This document shows, piece by piece, positions 44,812 to 52,064 of a stretch of 64,000 bases of DNA. The stretch covers positions 1,679 to 65,678 of the forward strand of contig JBEKRC010000005.1 of the NCBI GenBank assembly GCA_049997875.1, given 5' to 3'. The notes under the pieces are model-generated. The model worked only from the letters and a program-made list of their open reading frames with translations, had not been told where the DNA came from and ran no database searches. Source of the DNA: Minisyncoccia bacterium (GTDB taxonomy: Bacteria > Patescibacteriota > Minisyncoccia > UBA6257 > 2-01-FULL-56-20). Position numbers and translations under genes: made by a program. Each line of letters starts with the position of its first letter. Position 1 is the stretch's first letter.

Positions 44812-45165
44812 AATGAAGCTCGTAGTAGTTCTTTAAAAGCTGGCGGAGAAAACCATCGGGGCCTTATTTAGTTATTCAGAGTTTTTCCCACTCCCCCTCG
44901 TTAGGGCGTTAGAGAGCTAGTGCCTTAACCGGGGGGGGTTGTAGTCGGAACTCTCCGAACAAATTAATCTAACCAACCCTAATGGTTACCTTAACTACGG
45001 GGCAGACGGTGGTTATTTCGGGCATCTACCAGGTGCGCGGAACCAACTACCAGGTTACTCTCTCGCGCGGAGATCGCGTGCCACCCTACAACGGGAGGGC
45101 AGCGACCTTCGTTCTGGTCGTTTCGGCCAGACACGAACAGTAATGTTCTGCCGTTCTTCGCCAGC
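44812..45165 (+). ncRNA. roughly 350-nt structured non-coding RNA of unknown class
   Basis: 435-nt ORF-free interval between convergent genes. GC is higher than the flanking genes. Perfect 12-bp long-range helix taaaagctggcg (44824-44835) / cgccagctttta (45149-45160). Many internal hairpins (tcgga-actct-ccga, aacca-accctaa-tggtt, tctgg-tcgtttcgg-ccaga, cgcg-gagat-cgcg) and repeated CTACCAGG segments. No RNase P, tmRNA or 6S hallmark motifs were found. Confidence 0.5.
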
Positions 45166-45192
45166 TTTTAGAGAGATACTTTGATAAAAGAG

Positions 45193-46092
45193 TCAGCCGA
45201 TCGGACTATTTTTCGGAGCTTCAATTTTTAACGACAACTCAGTCATCGCGTAGTGAACAAATTGTTGTCCGATGCCAGTTAATTCATATTGTTCCTCTTC
45301 GTCGAATGCAGATTTGGCAGTATGCGTCCCTGAACTTTTTGGTGTTCTCCCTGTAGCTCTTGATACAATTATATTTCCCGCATAATCTCTATCTTTATGT
45401 TGTCGAATTATGGCACCAGTGCTTAAGTCGCGGAAAAGAAGCTTGAACAAATCTGCTTCTGGGGAATCTTCTCTAACGGGTTGTTTGCCTAGCTGTCTCC
45501 AAACTTCTCCTCTGGTTATTCCATTTTTGTTATAAATTACTCCTATAACTTTGAAATGAAGTTCAGAATAATTTTTGAGCCAATCGAGAAAGAGCTTTAT
45601 GACATCATCGCTCACTAGCGCGGTTGCCGCGGCATTAGAAAGAATATTTCTTATTAATTTCCTTTTCTCTTCACTTTCAGCTCCGGACCATTCCCGAAAT
45701 GCTTTTTTAACAATGGACTGATATTCCGGACTCTTCATTCGTTCTCCGATCTTTGCATCGTGCATATCAAGGCGAGCCATGATCTCTACGATGGTTTGTT
45801 CTTTTTCCCGCATTTCATCAAAGAGCATTCGTAGCCAATGTTTAAAGAAGGCATTCGCTCTTTCCTGATCATGACCTTCCCACGCGCTCGCGGCCGCAGA
45901 GAAGATTCCGCCTATGACGGGAATTGCCCCTCCTGCAATTTCCATACCTGCTTGCAAGACTTTCTTGCCGAGTTTTGGTTTGTGGTCGGAAGCAATCGTC
46001 GCAATCACTTTGCCACAAAACGGACAATTTTCGGATAAGTAAGGTATTTCCTTGCCGCATTCGCCACACTTTATTGGTTCCATGTTTTCCAT
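45193..46092 (-). CDS. hypothetical protein with N-terminal zinc-ribbon
   Basis: KCGECGKEIPYLSENCPFCGK at the N-terminus, then a roughly 270-aa soluble domain of unknown function. Convergent with the ncRNA. Confidence 0.5.
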   Translation of the reverse strand: MENMEPIKCGECGKEIPYLSENCPFCGKVIATIASDHKPKLGKKVLQAGMEIAGGAIPVIGGIFSAAASAWEGHDQERANAFFKHWLRMLFDEMREKEQTIVEIMARLDMHDAKIGERMKSPEYQSIVKKAFREWSGAESEEKRKLIRNILSNAAATALVSDDVIKLFLDWLKNYSELHFKVIGVIYNKNGITRGEVWRQLGKQPVREDSPEADLFKLLFRDLSTGAIIRQHKDRDYAGNIIVSRATGRTPKSSGTHTAKSAFDEEEQYELTGIGQQFVHYAMTELSLKIEAPKNSPIG

Positions 46093-46162
46093 CCTATACC
46101 CCCGTCGGGGTTCGTCAATCCAAACGATTTACAAAACCGTTCTGAGGTGATACCATCCGGCC

Positions 46163-46642
46163 ATGAGCACAAAGGAGCTTGTCGCGGAAATAGAGAAACG
46201 CTTTGAGATTATATTGCCCATATCAATCTTTTTTCCAGTTCTGATGGCCACGTATTTTGATATTGTTGGTGGACCGGACAAAGATTATCATACCGCGTTC
46301 ATATTTTTTGCCCTGCCGGCGCTCTATATCGCAAGCTATGTTATCTTCGAGCTTCGTAAAATTTTACCACCTATCCCGCCGTTGGCGCTTCAAGTATTGG
46401 ACTGGAGCCTGTTGCTGAACATTCTTTGTTTCGCTGCACCCGTCATATTCGTTGTCATGGCATATGCTCATGTGACGCTCTCGCGGTGGACTTATTTGGT
46501 TGATCTGTGGACTTTCATCGGCTCAGGGTGGGGAGTAGTTACTTTGCCGTTTGCCATTTTCCTTTTTGTTATCGCGAGTGAAGCGATTGCTATAGCAGCG
46601 AAAGTTATAGGTAAACAGTGGGCAAATAAAAAGATTTTCTAA
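46163..46642 (+). CDS. hypothetical membrane protein (4 TM)
   Basis: 159 aa, hydrophobic. Confidence 0.45.
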   Translation: MSTKELVAEIEKRFEIILPISIFFPVLMATYFDIVGGPDKDYHTAFIFFALPALYIASYVIFELRKILPPIPPLALQVLDWSLLLNILCFAAPVIFVVMAYAHVTLSRWTYLVDLWTFIGSGWGVVTLPFAIFLFVIASEAIAIAAKVIGKQWANKKIF

Positions 46643-46669
46643 TTAAAGACAGGCTTGGACATGGATTCG

Positions 46670-46790
46670 TCGCGGGGCCGGTAAGACCGGCCCGCTCCTG
46701 CGGAACCTCTCGGTTCCGCACTGTGCCGCCGCAAAACGGTGCGAGCGGCACCTTCCTACACGGGGCACCTCCCGGTGCCCCGACCCCCTC
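46670..46790. other. cluster of four consecutive perfect GC-rich hairpins upstream of dinB
   Basis: gcgg(g)gccgg-taag-accggcccgc, gcggaacc-tctc-ggttccgc, gtgccgc-cgcaaaacggtgcga-gcggcac, ggggcacc-tccc-ggtgcccc. Possible outer pairing cgcgggg/ccccgcg. Confidence 0.3.
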
Positions 46791-46829
46791 CCCGCGTCTA
46801 GGTCTAGTGCGGTGTAGTATGGTTATGAG

Positions 46830-47939
46830 ATGAGAATTGTTGCGCACATAGACCTAGACGCTTTCTTTGCGGCGATAGAAGAAAGAGACAGAACGCGGTT
46901 GAGGGGGTTGCCGATTGTGGTGGGCGCGGATCCGGAGGAGGGGCGGGGACGGGGGGTTGTGTCTACGGCGAATTATAAGGCGCGGGAATATGGGATCCGG
47001 TCTGCTTTGCCGATCGCGACGGCGTGGCGATATTCGGAGGCGGCACGGAGGAAGGGGCTCGCGCCTGCGGTCTTTCTTGGGGTTGATATGGAAAAATATG
47101 CGGAGGAGTCGCGGCGCGTGATGGGGATCGTGCGCGAGGTTTTGGGGGCCACGGCGCTTGTGGAAGAGGCGTCGGTGGACGAGGCGTTTATTGATCTATC
47201 CTTTGCGGGTACCTACCTGCGCGCGGAGGCGGTGGCGCGTGAGGTGAAGCGCGCGATCAAAGAAAGAACGGGACTCACGGCATCCGTGGGCGTGGGGCCG
47301 AACAAGCTTATTGCGAAGATCGCCTCGGACCGGGAGAAGCCGGACGGGTTCACGCTCGTGCGCGAAGAGGATGCGGAAAAATTCCTTGAGCCCTTGCCGA
47401 TCCGCACGATCCCGGGCGTGGGACCGAAAACCGAGGCGCGGTTCAGGGAGCTCCGCGTGCGCACGGTGGGGGATGCAAAGCGCTTCTCGCGTGAGGAGCT
47501 TACGGAGATGCTGGGCAAGTGGGGCGCGGAACTTTATGAAAAACTGCGCGGGCGGGACGAGTCGCCGCTCGTTACGGAGTGGATCGCGAAGTCTGTGGGG
47601 GAGCAGGAGACCTTTCCGCACGACACGCACGATCCGAAGTTCCTGCGCGAGCGGCTGGCGGCGCTTGCGGCGGGGGTCTACGCGCGGTTCGCGGCCGAGG
47701 CCCGGGCGGGGCACTTTAAAAGCTTCCGCGGCGTCACGATCACCGTCCGCTTCGCGGATTTCACGACCGTCACGCGCGCGGCGACGCTTGATGAGCCCGT
47801 CGTGGCCCGCGACCCCGCGGCGCTTCAAACACTCCAGTTCCAGGCCTTGCGCCTCTTCATGCCCTTCCTTGACCGCCGCGAGAATCCCGCGCGCAAGGCC
47901 TTCCGGCTCCTCGGGGTGCGCGTGGAGAAGCTGGGTTAG
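46830..47939 (+). CDS. dinB: DNA polymerase IV (Y-family translesion polymerase)
   Basis: MRIVAHIDLDAFFAAIEERDRTRLRGLPIVVG...STANYKAREYGIRSALPIATA. Confidence 0.85.
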   Translation: MRIVAHIDLDAFFAAIEERDRTRLRGLPIVVGADPEEGRGRGVVSTANYKAREYGIRSALPIATAWRYSEAARRKGLAPAVFLGVDMEKYAEESRRVMGIVREVLGATALVEEASVDEAFIDLSFAGTYLRAEAVAREVKRAIKERTGLTASVGVGPNKLIAKIASDREKPDGFTLVREEDAEKFLEPLPIRTIPGVGPKTEARFRELRVRTVGDAKRFSREELTEMLGKWGAELYEKLRGRDESPLVTEWIAKSVGEQETFPHDTHDPKFLRERLAALAAGVYARFAAEARAGHFKSFRGVTITVRFADFTTVTRAATLDEPVVARDPAALQTLQFQALRLFMPFLDRRENPARKAFRLLGVRVEKLG

Positions 47940-48040
47940 GGTTGGTCCCAAAAATCGAAACCCCTCTCGGGGAGAGGGGTTTCTCGGAGGCCGAAGCCCA
48001 TTGTGATTCCAGTATAGCAGAAATGGAGCAACCGTCAAAT

Positions 48041-48078
48041 TTCTTTTAATAAAGATTTAATGACCGTTGTGCTATGGT
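48041..48078 (+). promoter_or_regulatory. AT-rich promoter motif variant TTCTTTTAATAAAGATTTAATG plus extended -10 TGcTATGGT
   Basis: Upstream of the 48097 gene pair. Confidence 0.4.
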
Positions 48079-48096
48079 TATTCGAGAAAATTATCC

Positions 48097-48429
48097 ATGC
48101 CCGACGATCATATCTTTGAAATTGTTGATTACAGAGGGAAAGCGGTGGTTTTTTCTAAAGCAAAATGGGAGGAAAAACGATCCCGTCATCCGGAGTTGAA
48201 TAATGCGGCTTTTCTGAAGCGTCTTCGGCGGGCAATCATTGACCCGGACGAGGTTTGGGAAGATTATGAAGATAGAGAAAACAGGGCGTGCTATTATAAG
48301 AAATATTCTGATGCTTCTTATGCAAAGATTGTCGTGTGGACGGGCGCTCGCGGTAGCAGGGTGGTGACGGCGTATGAAACCAGTCATATCAAGGAAGCGG
48401 AATATCCGGAGCTAAGGCGCATAAAATAA
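48097..48429 (+). CDS. small protein, possibly RelE-like toxin of a two-gene module (DUF4258-like?)
   Basis: 110 aa. Lies 4 nt from the next small gene. Confidence 0.3.
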   Translation: MPDDHIFEIVDYRGKAVVFSKAKWEEKRSRHPELNNAAFLKRLRRAIIDPDEVWEDYEDRENRACYYKKYSDASYAKIVVWTGARGSRVVTAYETSHIKEAEYPELRRIK

Positions 48430-48433
48430 TCGC

Positions 48434-48850
48434 ATGAAAAAAGTATTGAACAAAAAAAAGATATTACACTTCATTTCCCACTTTCCAGAGATCGCCCAGC
48501 GGGAACGTTGGGTATCCGATTACGATACCGACGACGATTCGCTTGCGATCCGGACGCCGAAGCTTTCCGTGGATTCGCGCAAGCGATACATAAGCGACGA
48601 TTTTGATTTTTATGTAAATCCCAAGAACGAGGTTGAAGGAGTGTTTATAGAATATTTTGTGAGCAATTTTGTTGCGCATCATGGGGATTTTAGGAAAATC
48701 GCACAAGGGCTGAGGCGTGAGCGATTGAAAGAAAAAAAAGGCCTGATCGCGCTCAATAAAAACGAGGTGAAAAAGATCGTACCTGAACTTCAGGAGGCAA
48801 TCGTCAATTCGCTCATCTCGGATAGGAGTGTTAAAAAGGCGATATCATAG
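48434..48850 (+). CDS. small protein with DUF2283-like YD.(D/E)D.L motif; putative cognate partner of 48097
   Basis: WVSDYDTDDDSLAIRTPK resembles the DUF2283 signature. Weak assignment. Confidence 0.3.
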   Translation: MKKVLNKKKILHFISHFPEIAQRERWVSDYDTDDDSLAIRTPKLSVDSRKRYISDDFDFYVNPKNEVEGVFIEYFVSNFVAHHGDFRKIAQGLRRERLKEKKGLIALNKNEVKKIVPELQEAIVNSLISDRSVKKAIS

Positions 48851-48884
48851 GCGCTTGGATTTTGCACGTAGAGAAAGCTACAAG

Positions 48885-49118
48885 ATGCGAATCTTTGTGA
48901 AGGCAAAACCGGGCGCGAAGGTGGCGCGGGTCACGCGCGTGGATGCGCTGGATGGTTCGGCGCACTTTTTGGTTGCGGTCAAGGAACCCGCCATAGACGG
49001 CCGCGCGAACCGTGCAATAGAAAAAGCGCTTGCAGAGTATTTTAAAGTGCCGCCGTCGCGCGTGCGGATCACGCGTGGCCATTCCGCGAAGCAAAAAGTG
49101 GTGGAGATTGCAGAGTAG
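48885..49118 (+). CDS. DUF167 (YggU-family) protein
   Basis: MRIFVKAKPGAKVARVTRVDA...FLVAVKEPAIDGRANRAIEKALAEYFKVPPSRVRITRGHSAKQKVVEI. Confidence 0.6.
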   Translation: MRIFVKAKPGAKVARVTRVDALDGSAHFLVAVKEPAIDGRANRAIEKALAEYFKVPPSRVRITRGHSAKQKVVEIAE

Positions 49119-49130
49119 GTTGCCCGAGCG

Positions 49131-50186
49131 TTACACGTCCAATGTCCCGTTTGCGCGGAGCGGGTAGCGCTTTTTACGGAGATGCGCCATGTAGCCTGCG
49201 GCGCCTATCATGGCGGCATTGTCCAAGTTGTATTTGAAGTCGGGGACGAAAAAATTGCAGCCGATGAGTCCCGCGGTGCGTGCGAGGGCGCGCCGTAAGT
49301 GCTTGTTCGCCGCGACGCCGCCGCAGAGGAGGATTGATTCCGCCGCGCACTCTTGCGCCGCGCGGCGCGTTTTCGCAACGAGGACGTCCACGACGGCTTG
49401 TTCAAATCCGGCGGCGACATCGGCTTTGTTCACTTTTTGTTTCGCAAGCTTGGCATCGCGCAAGTAATAAAGTACGGAAGTTTTGAGCCCGGAAAAGCTG
49501 AAGTCGTAATTTTTTTGGTCCAGCATGGGGCGCGGGAAGGTAATGGCGAAGGAATTGCCGCGTGCGGCAAGCTTTTCTATTTCCGGTCCGCCGGGATAGG
49601 GGAGGTCAAGCAAGCGCGCCACTTTGTCAAACGCCTCGCCCGCCGCGTCGTCGCGCGTTTCGCCGAGCCGCCGCCATTTCACGAACGATTCCATGCGGAG
49701 AAGGATCGTATGGCCGCCGGAGACGATGAGCGCCACGGCGGGGAATATTTTTTTAGGGAGCAAGGCCGACGCATAGGCCTTGGAAGACCGCGATGGCAAA
49801 AGAAAGCTGTAAAGATGCCCTTCCAGATGATTCGCGCCCACGAGCGGGACTTTATATTCCTTTGCGAGTTCTTTCGCGAAGCCGATGCCGGTCCAAAGCG
49901 CGGGCTCAAGGCCGGGGCCGACCGTGACTGCGATAAGGTCCGGTTTCAGGGCGTGGTGTTCCGCGCGCAGCGCTTTTTTTAGTCTTTCAAAAAGGATCGG
50001 CAGATTTTTCAAATGCTCGCGCTTCGCGAGGTTCGGCACGACGCCGCCGAACGGCCGGTGGATCGGGATCTGCGACGCGACGAGATTTTCAATAACCTCA
50101 AAGCGTGGTGCACGGAGGCCGCCGGTCACCCGGAGCAACGCGATCCCCGTTTCGTCGCACGAGGTTTCAATGGCAAGGATGTTCAT
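49131..50186 (-). CDS. tsaD: tRNA N6-adenosine threonylcarbamoyltransferase TsaD (Kae1/Gcp)
   Basis: MNILAIETSCDETGIALL plus HxEGH-type motifs. Confidence 0.9.
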   Translation of the reverse strand: MNILAIETSCDETGIALLRVTGGLRAPRFEVIENLVASQIPIHRPFGGVVPNLAKREHLKNLPILFERLKKALRAEHHALKPDLIAVTVGPGLEPALWTGIGFAKELAKEYKVPLVGANHLEGHLYSFLLPSRSSKAYASALLPKKIFPAVALIVSGGHTILLRMESFVKWRRLGETRDDAAGEAFDKVARLLDLPYPGGPEIEKLAARGNSFAITFPRPMLDQKNYDFSFSGLKTSVLYYLRDAKLAKQKVNKADVAAGFEQAVVDVLVAKTRRAAQECAAESILLCGGVAANKHLRRALARTAGLIGCNFFVPDFKYNLDNAAMIGAAGYMAHLRKKRYPLRANGTLDV

Positions 50187-50327
50187 GGCGCGTGGTTATA
50201 TCATGCGGCAGAAAGGCGGCTGACCGCAACCCGCGCCGCCCTGCACCAAGCGGCACTTGACAGCCGTACTATAATATAAGAATGGTTATCCAAAGGTCGT
50301 TGTTTTTCTAAAGATTCTACAAAGAAC

Positions 50328-50660
50328 ATGGACAATAAAGACAATCAAAGCGGTCACCCGGAGGGATGCAAGTGCTCTGCGTGCCGCTGCGAGCAGTGCA
50401 ATTGCGGGCAGTGCGGTTGCGGGCATTGGGGAGGCAGGTTTTCCTGGCTCCGGATCCTCATCGCGATTATCATCCTTATCTTCGTATTTGGGGTCGGTTT
50501 CAAGCTCGGCGAGCTCAAGGGTTCGCTTGGATACGGTCGGCACAACGGTTACTACATGATGGGAGCGCCGTACTACACGGGTTCTCCGGCCGGCATGATG
50601 GGAGGGCGCTACTATAACAATGTGGGCGGTACAGCCAGTTCAACGCCAGTCACGAAATAA
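50328..50660 (+). CDS. small Cys-rich membrane protein (metallothionein-like N-terminus, one TM helix, Gly/Tyr/Met-rich tail)
   Basis: HPEGCKCSACRCEQCNCGQCGCGHWGG, then the TM helix WLRILIAIIILIFVFGVGF, then GYYMMGAPYYTG...MMGGRYYNN. Confidence 0.4.
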   Translation: MDNKDNQSGHPEGCKCSACRCEQCNCGQCGCGHWGGRFSWLRILIAIIILIFVFGVGFKLGELKGSLGYGRHNGYYMMGAPYYTGSPAGMMGGRYYNNVGGTASSTPVTK

Positions 50661-50668
50661 GAGTTGGA

Positions 50669-51208
50669 ATGAAAATTTTAGGCATCGTAGGGAGTTTGCG
50701 GAAAGGGTCGCTGAACCGCATGCTCATGCAGGCTATCCAAGAGCTCGCGCCCGAGGGGATGACGGTTGAAATAGCAGAGATCGGAAACTTGCCGCTCTTC
50801 AATCAGGACCTTGAAGCGAGTTTTCCGAAGGAGGCAGAGGAGATGAAGGATAAGATCCGTGCGGCAGACGGCGTGATCATCGCGACACCGGAATATGACC
50901 GTTCCATTCCCGGCGTTTTGAAAAACGCGCTTGATTGGACCTCGCGGCCGTACGGCCAAAGCGCATGGCCGGGAAAGGTGGTCGCCGTCGTCGGCGCCTC
51001 GGGCGGCGCCATCGGCACCGCGGTCGCGCAGTCGCATTTGAAGCAGATCCTGCTTTATCTTGATGCCCGCGTGGTCGGCCAGCCGGAGTTCTACCTCGGC
51101 GGTGCCGTGGCAAAGTTTGATAAGGACGGGAAGCTCACCGACGAAGCGACGAAGGAACACATTGCGAAGCTCCTCGGCGTGCTCGGGGAGAAAATTCGTC
51201 AAAAGTAG
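50669..51208 (+). CDS. NAD(P)H-dependent FMN reductase (flavodoxin-like fold)
   Basis: MKILGIVGSLRKGSLNRML...ADGVIIATPEYDRSIPGVLKNALDW. Confidence 0.75.
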   Translation: MKILGIVGSLRKGSLNRMLMQAIQELAPEGMTVEIAEIGNLPLFNQDLEASFPKEAEEMKDKIRAADGVIIATPEYDRSIPGVLKNALDWTSRPYGQSAWPGKVVAVVGASGGAIGTAVAQSHLKQILLYLDARVVGQPEFYLGGAVAKFDKDGKLTDEATKEHIAKLLGVLGEKIRQK

Positions 51209-51227
51209 TGCGCTGGGCCGTGTAACC

Positions 51228-51272
51228 GTTTTTCCTTGCGGCGTTTTTCCTTGCGGCGTTTTCCTTGCAGGG
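51228..51272. repeat. 3 tandem copies of a 15-bp unit (CGTTTTTCCTTGCGG) in the rplY promoter region
   Basis: cgtttttccttgcgg / cgtttttccttgcgg / cgttttccttgcagg. The rplY ATG follows at 51292. Confidence 0.5.
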
Positions 51273-51291
51273 GTGGCTTGGTTCTGCTAGT

Positions 51292-52041
51292 ATGACCCCT
51301 ATGGATTTGTTGGTGCAAAAAAGGGAAAAATTCGGGAAGCAGGTGAAGGCACTCCGGAGGGAGGGCCTTATTCCCGCCGAGCTCTACGGTCACGGCCTTG
51401 CGAACGTCCATCTTGCAGTGCCGGCGCGGGACTTTGGAAAAGCGTTCAAGGAGGCGGGTACAAATACGGTGATCACGCTCGTTATTGATAAGGAGAAAAA
51501 ACCGGCGCTCATTTATGACGTTGTACGCGACGCGTTGACGGACGAGGTGGCGCACGTTGATTTTTATCAGGTGAGGATGGATGAGAAAATTAAGGCGAAG
51601 GTGCCGCTTACGTTTGTGGGTGAGTCGGCGGCGGTGAAGGAGAAGGGGGCGATTCTCAACAAATCAGTGTCCGAAATTGAGGTGGAGGCGCTGCCGCAGG
51701 ATCTGCCACACAGTTTTGCTGTCAACCTTTCGCTCCTTGATGATATCGGGAAGAGCGTGTACGTGCGCGACCTTGCAGTGCCGGAAACAGTGAAGCTTCT
51801 TATTGACGGGAATATGGCGATCGCGACGGCGACGCCGCCCGCGCCGAAGGAGGAGGAAAAAGTGGTGGAGGAAGTGGTGCCGGACGTGTCTGAGGTGAAG
51901 GTGGAGACGGAGGAGAAAAAAGCGGAACGGGTTGCGGAGAAGGGGGAGAAAACGGAGAAGTCGGAGAAAGCCGAAAAGGCGGAAAAGGCAGGCAAAGAAG
52001 GAAAAACCGAAGTGAAAACGGGGAAGCCCGATACCAAATAG
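51292..52041 (+). CDS. rplY: 50S ribosomal protein L25 / general stress protein Ctc with Lys/Glu-rich C-terminal tail
   Basis: REGLIPAELYGHGLANVHLAVPARDF...EVAHVDFYQV and a C-terminal EKxEK repeat tail. Confidence 0.8.
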   Translation: MTPMDLLVQKREKFGKQVKALRREGLIPAELYGHGLANVHLAVPARDFGKAFKEAGTNTVITLVIDKEKKPALIYDVVRDALTDEVAHVDFYQVRMDEKIKAKVPLTFVGESAAVKEKGAILNKSVSEIEVEALPQDLPHSFAVNLSLLDDIGKSVYVRDLAVPETVKLLIDGNMAIATATPPAPKEEEKVVEEVVPDVSEVKVETEEKKAERVAEKGEKTEKSEKAEKAEKAGKEGKTEVKTGKPDTK

Positions 52042-52064
52042 CCCCCGTTTCCGTTATAATGTGA

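Noticed and set aside
44812-45165. Assigning the large ncRNA to RNase P RNA or tmRNA
   Set aside because: There is only a weak resemblance to the RNase P CR-I motif (GGAGAAAACCATCGGGGCC against GGAAAGUCCGGGCUCC). No CR-II or CR-V counterparts were found. There is no TTCGA T-arm and no tag-peptide ORF. It is left as unknown class.
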